Below are positions 1 to 10,250 of a DNA stretch of 64,000 bases, piece after piece (positions within the stretch are counted from its first letter, which is position 1; the number at the start of each line of letters is the position of its first letter). The notes below the pieces were generated by a model. The model had not been told where the DNA came from, did not search any database, and saw only the letters and a program-made list of their open reading frames with translations. Origin of the DNA: Trueperaceae bacterium (GTDB taxonomy: Bacteria; Deinococcota; Deinococci; Deinococcales; Trueperaceae); the NCBI GenBank assembly GCA_965213705.1, contig OZ243913.1:3328001-3392000 (forward strand). Reading direction: 5' to 3'. The position numbers and the translations under genes were made by a program.

Positions 1-65
1 CGCACGGCCGGACGCGCTAAAAAACCTGTAAGAAATTTGTGTGACGCCCCGAGTAAACTCAGCCT

Positions 66-512
66 ATGGAGTTAAACGTCACGCAAGACATCATCGTAGC
101 GACTGAGAAGGAAAACGTCCTCCTCGAGATGCTCCTCTCGACCGAACACCACAACCTCGTGTTGCTGTCCAAGGGCCAAGACGTCTTCGCGTACCTGCGC
201 GCGAACACGCCCGCGCTGCTGCTTGTCGACGCCCACCTGCCCGACGTCGGCGGTATTACGATTTGCAGCCGCATGAAAAAGGTGGCCCGACTGCGCGACC
301 TGCCTTTGGTCTTGCTCGTTTCCGCCAGAGACACGGCGAGTTTGAAGGCGGCCGAGCTGTGTCGTCCCGACGCCCTCATCACCAAACCGCTCGGCGGCAA
401 AGACGTTCGCGCCACTGTCACGCGCCTGCTCGGCAAAAAAGACTTGAGAGAGGGCCGGCTCGACCTGAACAGGGCGGTTGACCGAGTAGGCGGCTCGAGG
501 CACTTTTCCTAA
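66..512 (+). CDS. Single-domain response regulator (receiver, CheY-like)
   Basis: LLLVDAHLPDVGG phospho-Asp motif, LVLLVSA, ITKP Lys-Pro; no output domain. Confidence 0.85.
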   Translation: MELNVTQDIIVATEKENVLLEMLLSTEHHNLVLLSKGQDVFAYLRANTPALLLVDAHLPDVGGITICSRMKKVARLRDLPLVLLVSARDTASLKAAELCRPDALITKPLGGKDVRATVTRLLGKKDLREGRLDLNRAVDRVGGSRHFS

Positions 513-571
513 CTTTTGAACGAGCCTGCCCACCCCAAACACGGGCGCCGTCAACCGGTTGCGTGGGTACC

Positions 572-631
572 GACTTTTAGACCGCTAAATTTTAGACTGC
601 TGACTTTTAGACTGCTGACTTTTAGACTGCC
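572..631. repeat. 15-bp tandem repeat (gacttttagactgct) x4
   Basis: Units start at 572, 587, 602 and 617, with 0-2 mismatches to consensus. Confidence 0.9.
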
Positions 632-805
632 GACCTTGGAGCCCGCTGAACTTCAGGCTGTGACCGAGGACCTCGGGAGCCTCTTGTCGAGAAGCTCTTT
701 CCCACTCCCCGCCACGCCGGCTTCTGCGGCGTTTGCAAACGCTGGGTTTTGCAAACACTGGGTTTAAAGGCGGATTTTTAGTGCTATGGTGATAGGGCTG
801 AGGCT

Positions 806-1330
806 ATGGACCTATCTTTAGATACCCTCAATTCGCTTTCACCCGGCGCTTTTCAGACTGCGCTCGGCGGCGTTTTCGAGCACTCGCCCTGGGTAGTGGA
901 GACGGTTGACGACCAGCGGCCTTTTGCGAGCTGGGACGCCCTGCACGCCGCGCTGGTGAGGGCCGTAGCCGAGGCCGCGCCGGAACAGCAACTCGCCCTC
1001 ATCCGCGCCCACCCGGACTTGGCGGGCAAAGCGGCGCTCTCAGGCGAGGTGACGGAAGCCTCCAAAGAAGAACAAAGCGGGGCGGGCTTGAACCGTCTGA
1101 GCGAGGACGAATACCGGCGCTTTCACAAGCTCAACACAACTTACCGAGAGCGGTTCGGCTTTCCTTTTATTTTAGCCGTCAGAAACCATGACAAAAGCAG
1201 CATCCTCGAGTCCTTTGAGCAGCGTCTGACCAACAGCCCAGAGCAGGAAAAAAACCGCGCCCTCGCCGAAATCGCCAAAATCGCGCGCTTTCGCCTGGCG
1301 GCGCTCTCAGGAGACGCGCATGATGATTGA
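806..1330 (+). CDS. uraD: OHCU decarboxylase
   Basis: VFEHSPW, IRAHPDLAG, SKEEQSGAGL, YRERFGFPFILAV motifs; operon context. Confidence 0.95.
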   Translation: MDLSLDTLNSLSPGAFQTALGGVFEHSPWVVETVDDQRPFASWDALHAALVRAVAEAAPEQQLALIRAHPDLAGKAALSGEVTEASKEEQSGAGLNRLSEDEYRRFHKLNTTYRERFGFPFILAVRNHDKSSILESFEQRLTNSPEQEKNRALAEIAKIARFRLAALSGDAHDD

Positions 1331-2237
1331 GTCGATAAGCTACGGCAAGAGCAACGTCACCGTGTACCGCACCAACGCCGCGCCGCTCGTCGGCCTGAGC
1401 CCACTGCCCGAGTCGAACTTCACCGGGCGCAGCAACGTGTTGTTCGCCAACGACGTGGACGTGCTCGTCCTCGGCGACAACTTCAAACCCGCCTACACCG
1501 AGGGTGACAACAGCGACGTGGTGGCGACCGACAGCATGAAAAACTTCATTTTGAAAAAGGGGCTCGAGTTCGGCGGCAGCACCCTAGAAGGTCTGTTACA
1601 CTTTCTGGGCCGCGAGTTCTTGCAGCGCTACCCGCACATGGAGGCGCTGCAGGTGTCCGGCACCGAGGTTCCCTTCGAGGCCGCCACCGTGCCGCAAGAC
1701 GGCGCGTTCGTCAAAAGCGAAACCCTCTTCTACCCCACCGACGCCGATAGGGGTTACGCCGAGGTGCACCTGGAACGTGCCGGCGAAGACAGCGTCGTCA
1801 CCAATCACCGGGCGGGGCGGCTCGGCTTCAAACTCGTCAAGGTGACGGGCAGCTCGTTTTACAGCTTCGTGCGCGACGAGCACACGACCCTGCCCGAGCG
1901 CACCGACCGGGCGCTCTACGTCTACGCCGACTGTTGGTGGCGTTACCGAGACGCTGCGAACATGATTGCTGACGACAACAGGCACTTCGTCGCCTCCGAG
2001 CAGGTCCGCGACGTTGTAAGAAGCGTGTTCCACAGTTTCAACAGCAAGTCCATCCAACACCTGTTTCACGAGATGGGCGAGCGCGTGTTGCAGCGCTTCC
2101 CACAGCTGAGTGAACTGACCTTTCAAGGCCAAAATCGCACCTGGGACGTGATGTTTGAAGACACTGACCCTACCACTAAAACGATGTGCGACCCGCGCCC
2201 GCCCTACGGCGTCATCGGCCTGACGCTGACGCAGTAA
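1323..2237 (+). CDS. pucL: Urate oxidase (uricase)
   Basis: [26 protein letters not shown] motifs; alternative ATG at 1320. Confidence 0.95.
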   Translation: MIESISYGKSNVTVYRTNAAPLVGLSPLPESNFTGRSNVLFANDVDVLVLGDNFKPAYTEGDNSDVVATDSMKNFILKKGLEFGGSTLEGLLHFLGREFLQRYPHMEALQVSGTEVPFEAATVPQDGAFVKSETLFYPTDADRGYAEVHLERAGEDSVVTNHRAGRLGFKLVKVTGSSFYSFVRDEHTTLPERTDRALYVYADCWWRYRDAANMIADDNRHFVASEQVRDVVRSVFHSFNSKSIQHLFHEMGERVLQRFPQLSELTFQGQNRTWDVMFEDTDPTTKTMCDPRPPYGVIGLTLTQ

Positions 2238-2572
2238 TGGGCCGCCTCAGCACGCACGTCTTGGACACCGCCCACGGCAAGCCCGCCGCGGGCCTCGCCA
2301 TCGACCTCTACTACCTGGGCGGCGAGTCGCGGCAACACTTGGCGAGTTTCATGACCAACGCCGACGGCCGCACCGACGCGCCCCTGCTCGAAGCCCAGGA
2401 CATGGTGACGGGCGTATTCGAGCTGGTATTTCACGTAGGCGAGTATTTCGGGCTCGAGCCCAGGTTTTTAGACCAGGTGCCGGTACGCTTCGGCATCACC
2501 GACGCCAGCGCGAACTACCACGTGCCGCTCCTCGTGTCGCCTTATGCATACAGCACCTACCGGGGCAGCTAG
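2237..2572 (+). CDS. uraH: 5-hydroxyisourate hydrolase (transthyretin-like)
   Basis: STHVLDT, TNADGR, YHVPLL, C-terminal YRGS; ATG overlaps the uricase stop (TAATG). Confidence 0.95.
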   Translation: MGRLSTHVLDTAHGKPAAGLAIDLYYLGGESRQHLASFMTNADGRTDAPLLEAQDMVTGVFELVFHVGEYFGLEPRFLDQVPVRFGITDASANYHVPLLVSPYAYSTYRGS

Positions 2573-2583
2573 CCGGGACAGCT

Positions 2584-3828
2584 ATGACGCAATCCGACAA
2601 AGTCACGCAGTCAGACAAAGTCAAAAAGTTAGCCGAGGAAATTCTCACGCGCTGCGACGCCCTCGCCGAGTTCAGTGAGGACGAAGGCGCGCTCACGCGT
2701 ACTTTTTTGAGTGAACCCGCGCACGGCGCGCTGGCAGCGGTGCGCGGTTGGATGGAGGAAACGGGCATGAGCGTGCGCCTCGACGCGGTCGGCAACATCG
2801 TCGGGCGGTGTGAGGCTGCAAACGAAAACGCTCTCGTCCTGCTCGTCGGCTCCCACCTCGACACGGTACGCGACGCCGGGCGCTACGACGGGATTCTCGG
2901 CGTGCTCTTGGGTATTGCCGCCGCCCAAGCACTGCGGGACGACGCTCTCCCCTTTCACTTAGACGTCGTCGGCTTTTCGGAAGAGGAAGGTGTGCGCTTC
3001 GGCGTGCCGTTTTTGGGGAGTAGGGCGGTGACGGGGACGTTTGAGGAAGGGATGGCAGGGTTGCGCGACGTGGACGGCGTGAGCGTTCGGGAAGCTATTT
3101 CAAACTTCGGTTTGAATCCTGAAAAAATCCCCGAAGCGGCCTACGAGCCCGCAAAACTGCTCGGCTTTGTCGAAGTCCACATCGAACAGGGGCCCCACCT
3201 GGCGGCACTCGATAAACCACTCGGCGTGGTGAGCGCGGTGGCGGGCTCCACGCGTGCCCGCGTCACGTTCACAGGTCAAGCGGGGCACGCAGGCACCACG
3301 CCGATGGCGCTGCGGCGCGACGCGCTCGTCGGGGCGGCACTGTTCGTGCTCGAGACTGAACGTTACGCCAAAAGCGTCCCCGGCCTGGTGGCGACGGTCG
3401 GCCAACTTGCGGCGAGCCCCGGCGCTGTCAACGTCATTCCCGGTACGACTGTTTTAAGTCTGGACGTGCGCCACGCGCAAGACGAAGTGAGGCTCGAGGC
3501 TGTGGCGGCGTTGACAGCGAAAACAGCCGAGATAGCGGGGGCTCGAGACCTCAGCACGGATTGGCAAACCTTGCTTGACCAAGCCGCCGTGCCGCTGGAC
3601 CCTGACTTTCAAAACAGACTTAAAGAGGCTGCCGGGGCAGACGCACCCCTCATGCCGAGCGGCGCGGGCCACGACGCGATGGTGATGGCGCCTTTTACCC
3701 CTTCAGCCCTGCTGTTCGTCCGCTCACCCAACGGAATCAGCCACAACCCGGCGGAGACGGTGCTGGTGGAAGACGTGGCGGCGGCGCTCGAGGCACTCGT
3801 AACCTTCACCCGAGGGCTCCGTGCTTGA
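2584..3828 (+). CDS. allC: Allantoate amidohydrolase (M20 Zn hydrolase)
   Basis: GSHLDTV, GRYDG, EEEGVRF, EVHIEQG, GHAGTTPM, SGAGHDA, GISHNPAE. Confidence 0.9.
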   Translation: MTQSDKVTQSDKVKKLAEEILTRCDALAEFSEDEGALTRTFLSEPAHGALAAVRGWMEETGMSVRLDAVGNIVGRCEAANENALVLLVGSHLDTVRDAGRYDGILGVLLGIAAAQALRDDALPFHLDVVGFSEEEGVRFGVPFLGSRAVTGTFEEGMAGLRDVDGVSVREAISNFGLNPEKIPEAAYEPAKLLGFVEVHIEQGPHLAALDKPLGVVSAVAGSTRARVTFTGQAGHAGTTPMALRRDALVGAALFVLETERYAKSVPGLVATVGQLAASPGAVNVIPGTTVLSLDVRHAQDEVRLEAVAALTAKTAEIAGARDLSTDWQTLLDQAAVPLDPDFQNRLKEAAGADAPLMPSGAGHDAMVMAPFTPSALLFVRSPNGISHNPAETVLVEDVAAALEALVTFTRGLRA

Positions 3829-5167
3829 CCTCGTTATCCGCGGCGGCACGCTCGTTACCCCGAAGCGGGTTTTTCGGGCGGATGTGGCGCTCCTCGGCGG
3901 CAAAATCGTTGCGGTCGAAGATGAAATTCTCGAGGCGGCAGAAACGCTGGACGCGACCGGCCTGCACCTTTTTCCCGGCATCCTCGACACGCACGTTCAC
4001 TTCAACGAACCCGGCCGTGTTTCTTGGGAGGGGATTGCGAGCGGCAGCGCGGCCTTAGCCGCGGGCGGCGGCACGCTCTACGCCGACATGCCGCTCAACT
4101 CCGACCCACCGCTGCTGCGCGCCGCCGACTTCGCGGCCAAACGGCGCGCGGCGGAAGCCTCTTCCCACACCGACTTCGCATTCTGGGGCGGCTTAACGCC
4201 GGACAACGTCGAGCACCTGCCCGAACTGGCCGAGTGCGGCGTCGTCGGTTTCAAGGCGTTCATGACCCGCAGCGGCATTCCCGAATTCAAGGCGGCCGAC
4301 GACCTCACGCTGTACCGGGGGATGAGTATGGCGGCGCTTCTCGGCCTCCCCGTCGCCGTCCACGCCGAGAGCGAAAATTTGACGAGCGCCTTGACTCGAG
4401 AACTCCGTGCGAGCGGCGGCACGCTGCCGCGCGACTACCTCTTATCCCGGCCCATCATCGCCGAAACCGAGGCCGTGGGCCGCGCGCTACTGTTCGCGCA
4501 GGAAACCGGCTGCGACCTGCATTTCGTCCACTTAAGCAGCGCTCGAGCGGTCGCCCTCGTCACCGAAGCGCGGCTGCGCGGCGTCCGCGCGACCTGCGAA
4601 ACCTGCCCTCACTACCTGCACTTTACCGACGAGGACTTAGAGCGTTTGGGCACGGTTTTGAAGTGCGCGCCGCCCCTGCGCAGCGACGACGAGCGCCACG
4701 CCCTGTGGCAAGCCCTGTTGCGCGGCGAAATCGACCTCGTCGCCAGCGACCACTCGCCGTCCGACCCCGTGTTGAAAGAGCGCGAAGACTTTTTCGAGGT
4801 CTGGGGTGGGATTTCCGGCGTGCAGTCGACCCTGAACGTGCTGCTGAGCCACCGCGCCGAGCAAGGCTTGCCGCTGCAAAAGGTGGCCACTCTGACCTCT
4901 GCAAATCCCGCCGAACGCTTCCGCTTGCCGCACAAGGGGCGGCTCGAGCCCGGTTACGACGCCGACTTGTGCTTGGTCGACCTGGACGCTACCTTTACGC
5001 TTCAAAAAGACGACCTCTTTTACAAACACAAGACGAGCCCCTACCTCGGCCAGCGTTTCAGCGGCCGCGTCGTCAGAACCCTGCTGCGCGGTCGAACGAT
5101 TTTTCGAGATGGCAAACTTTCCGAGCCGGGCGGTCGCCTCGTTCGGCCGGACACTCTGCTACCCTAG
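3821..5167 (+). CDS. allB: Allantoinase
   Basis: DTHVHFNEPG, DMPLNS, GFKAF, ETCPHYL, KCAPPLR, SDHSP. Confidence 0.93.
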   Translation: MLDLVIRGGTLVTPKRVFRADVALLGGKIVAVEDEILEAAETLDATGLHLFPGILDTHVHFNEPGRVSWEGIASGSAALAAGGGTLYADMPLNSDPPLLRAADFAAKRRAAEASSHTDFAFWGGLTPDNVEHLPELAECGVVGFKAFMTRSGIPEFKAADDLTLYRGMSMAALLGLPVAVHAESENLTSALTRELRASGGTLPRDYLLSRPIIAETEAVGRALLFAQETGCDLHFVHLSSARAVALVTEARLRGVRATCETCPHYLHFTDEDLERLGTVLKCAPPLRSDDERHALWQALLRGEIDLVASDHSPSDPVLKEREDFFEVWGGISGVQSTLNVLLSHRAEQGLPLQKVATLTSANPAERFRLPHKGRLEPGYDADLCLVDLDATFTLQKDDLFYKHKTSPYLGQRFSGRVVRTLLRGRTIFRDGKLSEPGGRLVRPDTLLP

Positions 5168-5170
5168 CTC

Positions 5171-5941
5171 ATGACCCACTCCCTGCTCACCCAGTTCGGC
5201 CAAACCCGCAGCCGCGTCACCGCTCGACACGCCCTTATCGCGCCGGACGGACACGTCCCGACCGCCCTGCCGGGTTGGAAAAACGCCCGCGGCGTCGTCC
5301 TCATCTCGCCGCAGATGGGCGCGCGCTTCACGCAGTATTTCGCCCTGCTCGAGACGACCGGCGAAGGCACCCCGCCGCTGCCGGGCGTGGAGCGGTTCGT
5401 GTTCGTCCTTTCGGGCGGCGTGACCGTCCAGACCGAGGCCGACACCTTCAATCTCGAGGCCCGCGGCTACGCCTTTTTTCCCGCCGGGGAACCGCACGTC
5501 ATCACAGCAACTTCAGAAACGCGGCTGAACGTGCTCGAGCGCCGCTTTATCCCGTCGGAAACCGACGAGCCCTTGCCCATCATCGTCGGCAACGAAACCG
5601 AGGTTGGGGGCGAGCCGTTTTTAGGCGACGCGAACGTGACCGTTAAAATGTTCTTGCCCGACGACCCACGCTTCGACCTGGCGGTGAACACCATGAACTT
5701 CAAACCCGGCGCGACCTTGCCCTTTGCCGAAACGCACTTCATGGAGCACGGCCTGCTGATGCTTTCCGGCGGCGGCGTGTACCGCCTGAACGACGACTGG
5801 TATCCGGTGCAAGCGGGCGACGCGCTGTGGCTGGGGCCGTACTGCCCGCAGTGGTTCGGCGCGCTCGGGACAGAAGTCTCGTCTTACCTGCTCTACAAAG
5901 AAACGAACCGAGACGTGTTCGCGTTTGAGAAGGAAAGTTAG
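5171..5941 (+). CDS. allE: (S)-ureidoglycine aminohydrolase (bicupin)
   Basis: ETHFMEHGL, CPQWF, YLLYK motifs; last gene of the purine catabolic operon. Confidence 0.9.
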   Translation: MTHSLLTQFGQTRSRVTARHALIAPDGHVPTALPGWKNARGVVLISPQMGARFTQYFALLETTGEGTPPLPGVERFVFVLSGGVTVQTEADTFNLEARGYAFFPAGEPHVITATSETRLNVLERRFIPSETDEPLPIIVGNETEVGGEPFLGDANVTVKMFLPDDPRFDLAVNTMNFKPGATLPFAETHFMEHGLLMLSGGGVYRLNDDWYPVQAGDALWLGPYCPQWFGALGTEVSSYLLYKETNRDVFAFEKES

Positions 5942-6116
5942 CGGTAAAAACAGCAGCCGTGCGCACAGGGGTTAAAGCCTTTTGTGTTTACGACCCTGCG
6001 CTCGGCAGCTGGCTCAACGTGTGGAAAAGTTACGACCTGTGGCACGCACAGTAGAGGCTCGACTTGTCCGAGGTGCGGACGGTTTGACCGGCAAGTGTTT
6101 AGCTAAAAACACGGCC

Positions 6117-6476
6117 CTAGAAGGGATAGTCCCAGCCTTCCCACTCAGCAAAACCGTGAATCTTTCTGGCGATTGCTAAAAAATCATTCTCGTTAAATCT
6201 TTCAACTAGCTTGTTTATGTAAGCAGAAATTTGACTGAAGTCGTACTTAGGAACAATAAGCGTATTAGCACCAGAGACAAAACTATCTTTCTCGAGACGT
6301 TTCTCAATCCAAGCCGGAGTACAAACGAAAAGAGCAAAGCGGTCTCCGTAGTCTTCACCTTTGAATGAGAGAAAGAAATGCACGCCGAGCCCAAAATTTG
6401 CAGCTTGTTCTGGCTCGTATGTTTCAAAGTGGTCAGTCCAAGGGCTATAAATGGAAGTTATCTTCGCGATTGGCAC
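6117..6476 (-). CDS. Imm8-like polymorphic-toxin immunity protein (orphan, low GC)
   Basis: YEPE..NF, GDRF..FVCTPAW, LIV..YD, C-terminal WE..DY pattern; GAGGAG RBS upstream; AT-rich relative to flanks. Confidence 0.75.
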   Translation of the reverse strand: MPIAKITSIYSPWTDHFETYEPEQAANFGLGVHFFLSFKGEDYGDRFALFVCTPAWIEKRLEKDSFVSGANTLIVPKYDFSQISAYINKLVERFNENDFLAIARKIHGFAEWEGWDYPF

Positions 6477-6502
6477 AGTGACTCCTCATAATCGCGCCGT
6501 CC

Positions 6503-7759
6503 TCAATCCCCCGCCGTCAGCGCCGACGCGTCCAGCGCGCGCAACTCCTGAAAGCGGAAGGCGAAACTGAGGGCGGTTAGGGCGACCAGCGCCGCCAGCC
6601 CGAAGGTGAGGCGAAACCCGAGCAGTCCGACGAGACCCCCCGCCAGAATCGGCGCGAAGCTCGGCAGGGACAGCAGGCTGTTGGCGGTGCCCACGTAAAG
6701 GGGCCGTTCGCTCTCGGGCGACACGGCGTAGAGGAGGTTCCAGGCGGCGATGCCCATGCCGGCCTGCCCCGCCGCCGAGAGCATGAAGACCGCGGCGAAC
6801 AGTTGCCAACTGGGCAGCAGCAACGCCGAGACCGAGGCGGCCAGCAGGAGCATGATGCTGATTTGCAAGACGTCGACGTTGTGCCCGCGGTCGGCCGGGC
6901 GGCGAAACAGCAAGTTGGCGGTAATCGAGGCCGAGGTTGACAGAATTACGAACAGACCGAGCGAGGTCGTGGGGGCGTCTAGGTTTCGGAGGGCATATAC
7001 GGCGTAGAACGGGTCGGCAAGTAACGCCAGCAGCGCCAGGAAACGCACGCGCATGTAGCGGCGAAAACTGGGGTCGCCCTGCAACAAGCTCGGAATTTGC
7101 CCGACGAGTTTGCGAAACGGCTGTTTGGTCGCGGGCTTTCCGGCGGGTTCGCGGATGAGCGAAAAGGCAAGGTTGGCCGCGCCGTAAAGGGCCGCGCCGA
7201 ACACAAAAATAATGCCGAAGTTGCGGGGAAAAGCTACGTCCGTCGCTAAAAAGTGGCGCAGCAACAGTCCGGCCAGCAGCGCGAGCGCCCCGCCGATGGT
7301 GTTGCGGAGCGCCCAGAAGGTGCCCAACCGGTAGTGCGGCACGACCTTCGCGGTCACGTCGGCGAAGGGGATGCCCGAGATGCCGCCCGCAATTGACACC
7401 GTCCCGATGGTTGCCAACACCATCAACATCAGAAAGCCGGGTCGGTCGGGGAACGCGAAAATGGCCGCGACCATCAGGGTGTAAGCGGTGATTCGCACGA
7501 GCGAGGTGCGGCGGTACCAGGGCAGCTTGAACGGCTCGTGCGCCAAACGGCTCGCGACGAACAGTTGGGGCAAAAACCAGGCCCCGACCTTTAGGGCCGG
7601 GATAAGTCCGATGACCACGGCGGGCGCGCCGAGCGTCGCCAAAAAGGGGGCCATGACTAAGTTGCTGTGAAAAAAGGCGTCCGCTCCGTTGACGAACACG
7701 CCGTTGTAGACGCCGAGCCAAAAGTTACGGTTGGGTTCGCCGAGGCCTTTGGCTTGCAT
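6503..7759 (-). CDS. MFS transporter
   Basis: About 12 hydrophobic segments; ERPLYVG MFS-type motif; start placed at MQAKG. Confidence 0.8.
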   Translation of the reverse strand: MQAKGLGEPNRNFWLGVYNGVFVNGADAFFHSNLVMAPFLATLGAPAVVIGLIPALKVGAWFLPQLFVASRLAHEPFKLPWYRRTSLVRITAYTLMVAAIFAFPDRPGFLMLMVLATIGTVSIAGGISGIPFADVTAKVVPHYRLGTFWALRNTIGGALALLAGLLLRHFLATDVAFPRNFGIIFVFGAALYGAANLAFSLIREPAGKPATKQPFRKLVGQIPSLLQGDPSFRRYMRVRFLALLALLADPFYAVYALRNLDAPTTSLGLFVILSTSASITANLLFRRPADRGHNVDVLQISIMLLLAASVSALLLPSWQLFAAVFMLSAAGQAGMGIAAWNLLYAVSPESERPLYVGTANSLLSLPSFAPILAGGLVGLLGFRLTFGLAALVALTALSFAFRFQELRALDASALTAGD

Positions 7760-7914
7760 AGGCGCTATCCTACACCCAAAACGCAAATGTCAGGGCGTAG
7801 TTTTTCGCTCAGGTTTTCGTCTTCTCTTTTAGGGGAAGTGTTCAAAGGGCGAAGGGGTAGAAGGAACGCGGGCACCAACCGACGTTTTGGAGCTGTTCGC
7901 TATAAGCTCGAGCC

Positions 7915-8931
7915 CTACCCCTGCGGACGGCCCTCGTTGTTCCGCCGCGCCGCCCGGTCGGAGAGCGTCGTCAGCAGCGACGGCGCGAACCCGGAGCGGC
8001 TTTCCCAGCCCGTTTGTAGGGTGTCTCCGTCTACAGGATTCTCGCCCGGCAGCAGACGGGTCGTGAGTTTCAAAAGCTGCGCGGTGAGTTCGGGAAAAAG
8101 GGCGTTTGCCCCCGCCGCTAACTTGCCTTGAACGCCGGTGACGAGCTGCGCCCGCCCGTTGCGGCAAGCCTCGACGATGTCCCGTGCCGCCCTTGAAGCG
8201 CTCATCGACACGCCCGGCAGCGAGTCGGACACGGCGAACCAGACGAGTTCTCGTTCGTGCTGGCCTTTGAGCTGCACGTTGAGGTACGAACCCGTGCGAA
8301 TAAGCCAGGGACAGACCGTCGTCACGGTGATGTTGTCGCGGGCGAGTTCCGCCCGCATTCCGTCGGACAGGCCGACGAGCGCGAACTTGCTCGCCGAGTA
8401 GGGAACCAGGTGCGGCACCGCCACCTTGCCGCCGATAGAGGCGATGTTGACGATGCGCCCGCCGCCCTGCGCTTGCATGTGCGGGACGGTCTCGAGCATT
8501 GTGTAGAGCGGTCCCCAAAAATGTACGTTCATCGCGTTCTCAAAGTCTTGCTCAGCCATGTGCGCGACCGGACCCGCCTGGATGATGCCGGCGTTGTTCA
8601 CGAGTACGTCGATAGTGCCGAAGTAGGAGAGGGCACCCATCACCGCTTCTTTGACTTGCTCCCGCTCCCGCACGTCGCAGGGGATGGTGAGAACATCGGC
8701 TCTGTACCGTGACCGCAGTCCGGCAGCAGCGCGGTTGAGTTCAGTTTCGTCCCTTGCCACCAACGTCAAACGTGCGCCCTCGGCGGCGAACCGCCGCGCC
8801 AGCAACAGGCCCAAGCCCTTCGAGCCGCCCGTGATGAGGACGGACTTGTCCTTAAAGCTTTTGCGCCCTGAGAAAGCCCAGGCCAGGGCGGCACCCGCCA
8901 CCCCGGCCAAGAGGACTTCGCGCTTTTGCAC
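7915..8931 (-). CDS. SDR family oxidoreductase
   Basis: TGGSKGLG, NNAG, YSASK. Confidence 0.92.
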   Translation of the reverse strand: MQKREVLLAGVAGAALAWAFSGRKSFKDKSVLITGGSKGLGLLLARRFAAEGARLTLVARDETELNRAAAGLRSRYRADVLTIPCDVREREQVKEAVMGALSYFGTIDVLVNNAGIIQAGPVAHMAEQDFENAMNVHFWGPLYTMLETVPHMQAQGGGRIVNIASIGGKVAVPHLVPYSASKFALVGLSDGMRAELARDNITVTTVCPWLIRTGSYLNVQLKGQHERELVWFAVSDSLPGVSMSASRAARDIVEACRNGRAQLVTGVQGKLAAGANALFPELTAQLLKLTTRLLPGENPVDGDTLQTGWESRSGFAPSLLTTLSDRAARRNNEGRPQG

Positions 8932-8934
8932 GGT

Positions 8935-10104
8935 TTAAGGCGTCAGGACGACCTTGACACAGTCGTCCTCTTTGTTTTTGAAGATGTCGTAGCCTTGCGG
9001 GGCGTCCTCGAGCTTCAGGCGGTGGGTGATAATCGCCGCGGGGTCGACACTGCCGTCGACGATTTTCTCGAGCAGCGGCTGCAGGTAGCGGTGGACGTGG
9101 GTTTGGCCCATCTTCCAGGTGAGGCCTTTATTAAAAGCCGCGCCCATCGGGATTTTGTCGATAATGCCGCCGTAAACACCCGCCACCGACAGGGTACCGC
9201 CCTTGCGGCAGGCCATGATGGCCTCGCGGAGCGCGTGGGGTCGGCCGGTCTCCAAGCGCACCGACTGCTTGACCTTGTCGTACACGCCCGCCACGCCCAT
9301 GCCGTGCGCTTCCATCCCGACGGCGTCAATGCACACGTCCGGGCCACGACCGCCGGTCATCTCGTTCAGGGTCTCGAGGACGCTTTTCTCCTCGTAGTTG
9401 ATGGTCTCGGCTTTACCGTAGGTCGCGGCCATGCTGAGGCGTTCGGGAAAACGGTCGATAGCGATGACGCGCTCCGCGCCGAGCAGCCAGGCGCTCTGAA
9501 TCGCGAACTGTCCGACCGGCCCGCAGCCCCACACCGCGACGACCTCGCCGCCCTGCAAGTCGGCCTGGTCGGCGGCCTGGTAACCCGTCGGGAAGATGTC
9601 GGTGAGGAACAGAACTTGCTCGTCGCTCAGGTGGTCGGGAACCTTGAACGGCCCCACGTCGGCGAACGGCACCCGCACGTACTCGGCTTGCCCGCCCGCG
9701 TAACCGCCCATGATGTGCGAGTAGCCGAAAATTCCCGCCGGCGAATGCCCGAAAAACGCCTCGGCGATGCCCGCCTTGGGGTTGCTGTTGTCGCAGAGCG
9801 ACCACAGGTCGTGTCCGCAGAAAAAGCAACTCCCGCAGGCGATGGGAAACGGCACCACCACGCGGTCGCCGACTTGTAAATTCTTGACCTCCGGCCCGGT
9901 TTCGACGACCTCGCCCATAAACTCGTGGCCCAGGATGTCGCCCTTTTCCATCATCGGAATATAACCGTCGTACAGGTGCAGGTCCGAGCCGCAAATCGCG
10001 GTCGAGGTCACCTTGATAACGGCGTCGTGCGGGTTCAGGATTTCCGGGTCGGGAACTGTTTCGACCCGAACGTCGTTGGTGCCGTACCAGCAAAGTGCTT
10101 TCAT
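8935..10104 (-). CDS. Zn-dependent alcohol/formaldehyde dehydrogenase-like (MDR family)
   Basis: ICGSDLH, GHEFMG, CGSCFFC..C, GCGPVG; GAGGGG RBS before MKALCW. Confidence 0.92.
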   Translation of the reverse strand: MKALCWYGTNDVRVETVPDPEILNPHDAVIKVTSTAICGSDLHLYDGYIPMMEKGDILGHEFMGEVVETGPEVKNLQVGDRVVVPFPIACGSCFFCGHDLWSLCDNSNPKAGIAEAFFGHSPAGIFGYSHIMGGYAGGQAEYVRVPFADVGPFKVPDHLSDEQVLFLTDIFPTGYQAADQADLQGGEVVAVWGCGPVGQFAIQSAWLLGAERVIAIDRFPERLSMAATYGKAETINYEEKSVLETLNEMTGGRGPDVCIDAVGMEAHGMGVAGVYDKVKQSVRLETGRPHALREAIMACRKGGTLSVAGVYGGIIDKIPMGAAFNKGLTWKMGQTHVHRYLQPLLEKIVDGSVDPAAIITHRLKLEDAPQGYDIFKNKEDDCVKVVLTP

Positions 10105-10150
10105 GGTCCCCCCTCGAGGTGGTTTTAAGTTTGACTTACAGGATGTGAGA

Positions 10151-10247
10151 GAAAGTACCGAGTACCGAGTGAAAAGTAAAAAGGAGAAAGTGAAAGTCAA
10201 AAGCTTTTACGCCCCTGCTCCCCTTCTCCCCTACCCCCTACTCTTTT
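10151..10247. repeat. Heptamer-like intergenic repeats (agtaccg / aaagtga) followed by a pyrimidine-rich tract
   Basis: agtaccgagtaccgagtgaaaagta; an 18-nt reverse-complement copy is present at about 33389. Confidence 0.65.
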
Positions 10248-10250
10248 GGC

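Noticed and set aside
572..631. Possible CRISPR arrays at 572-631, 49011-49084 and 51533-51594
   Set aside because: Units are 15-16 bp and abut directly with no unique spacers; no cas genes in the window
4024..5646. Long alternative-frame and antisense ORFs (e.g. 4024-5646, 6486-7721, 22059-23165, 24686-25843)
   Set aside because: Arg/Pro/Gly-rich or antisense shadows of well-supported genes, as expected at high GC
806..5941. Urate-to-ureidoglycolate operon as a novelty
   Set aside because: All six enzymes belong to the established purine degradation pathway
5990..6120. attC site downstream of the Imm8-like gene
   Set aside because: No complementary R''/R' boxes or paired arms could be identified
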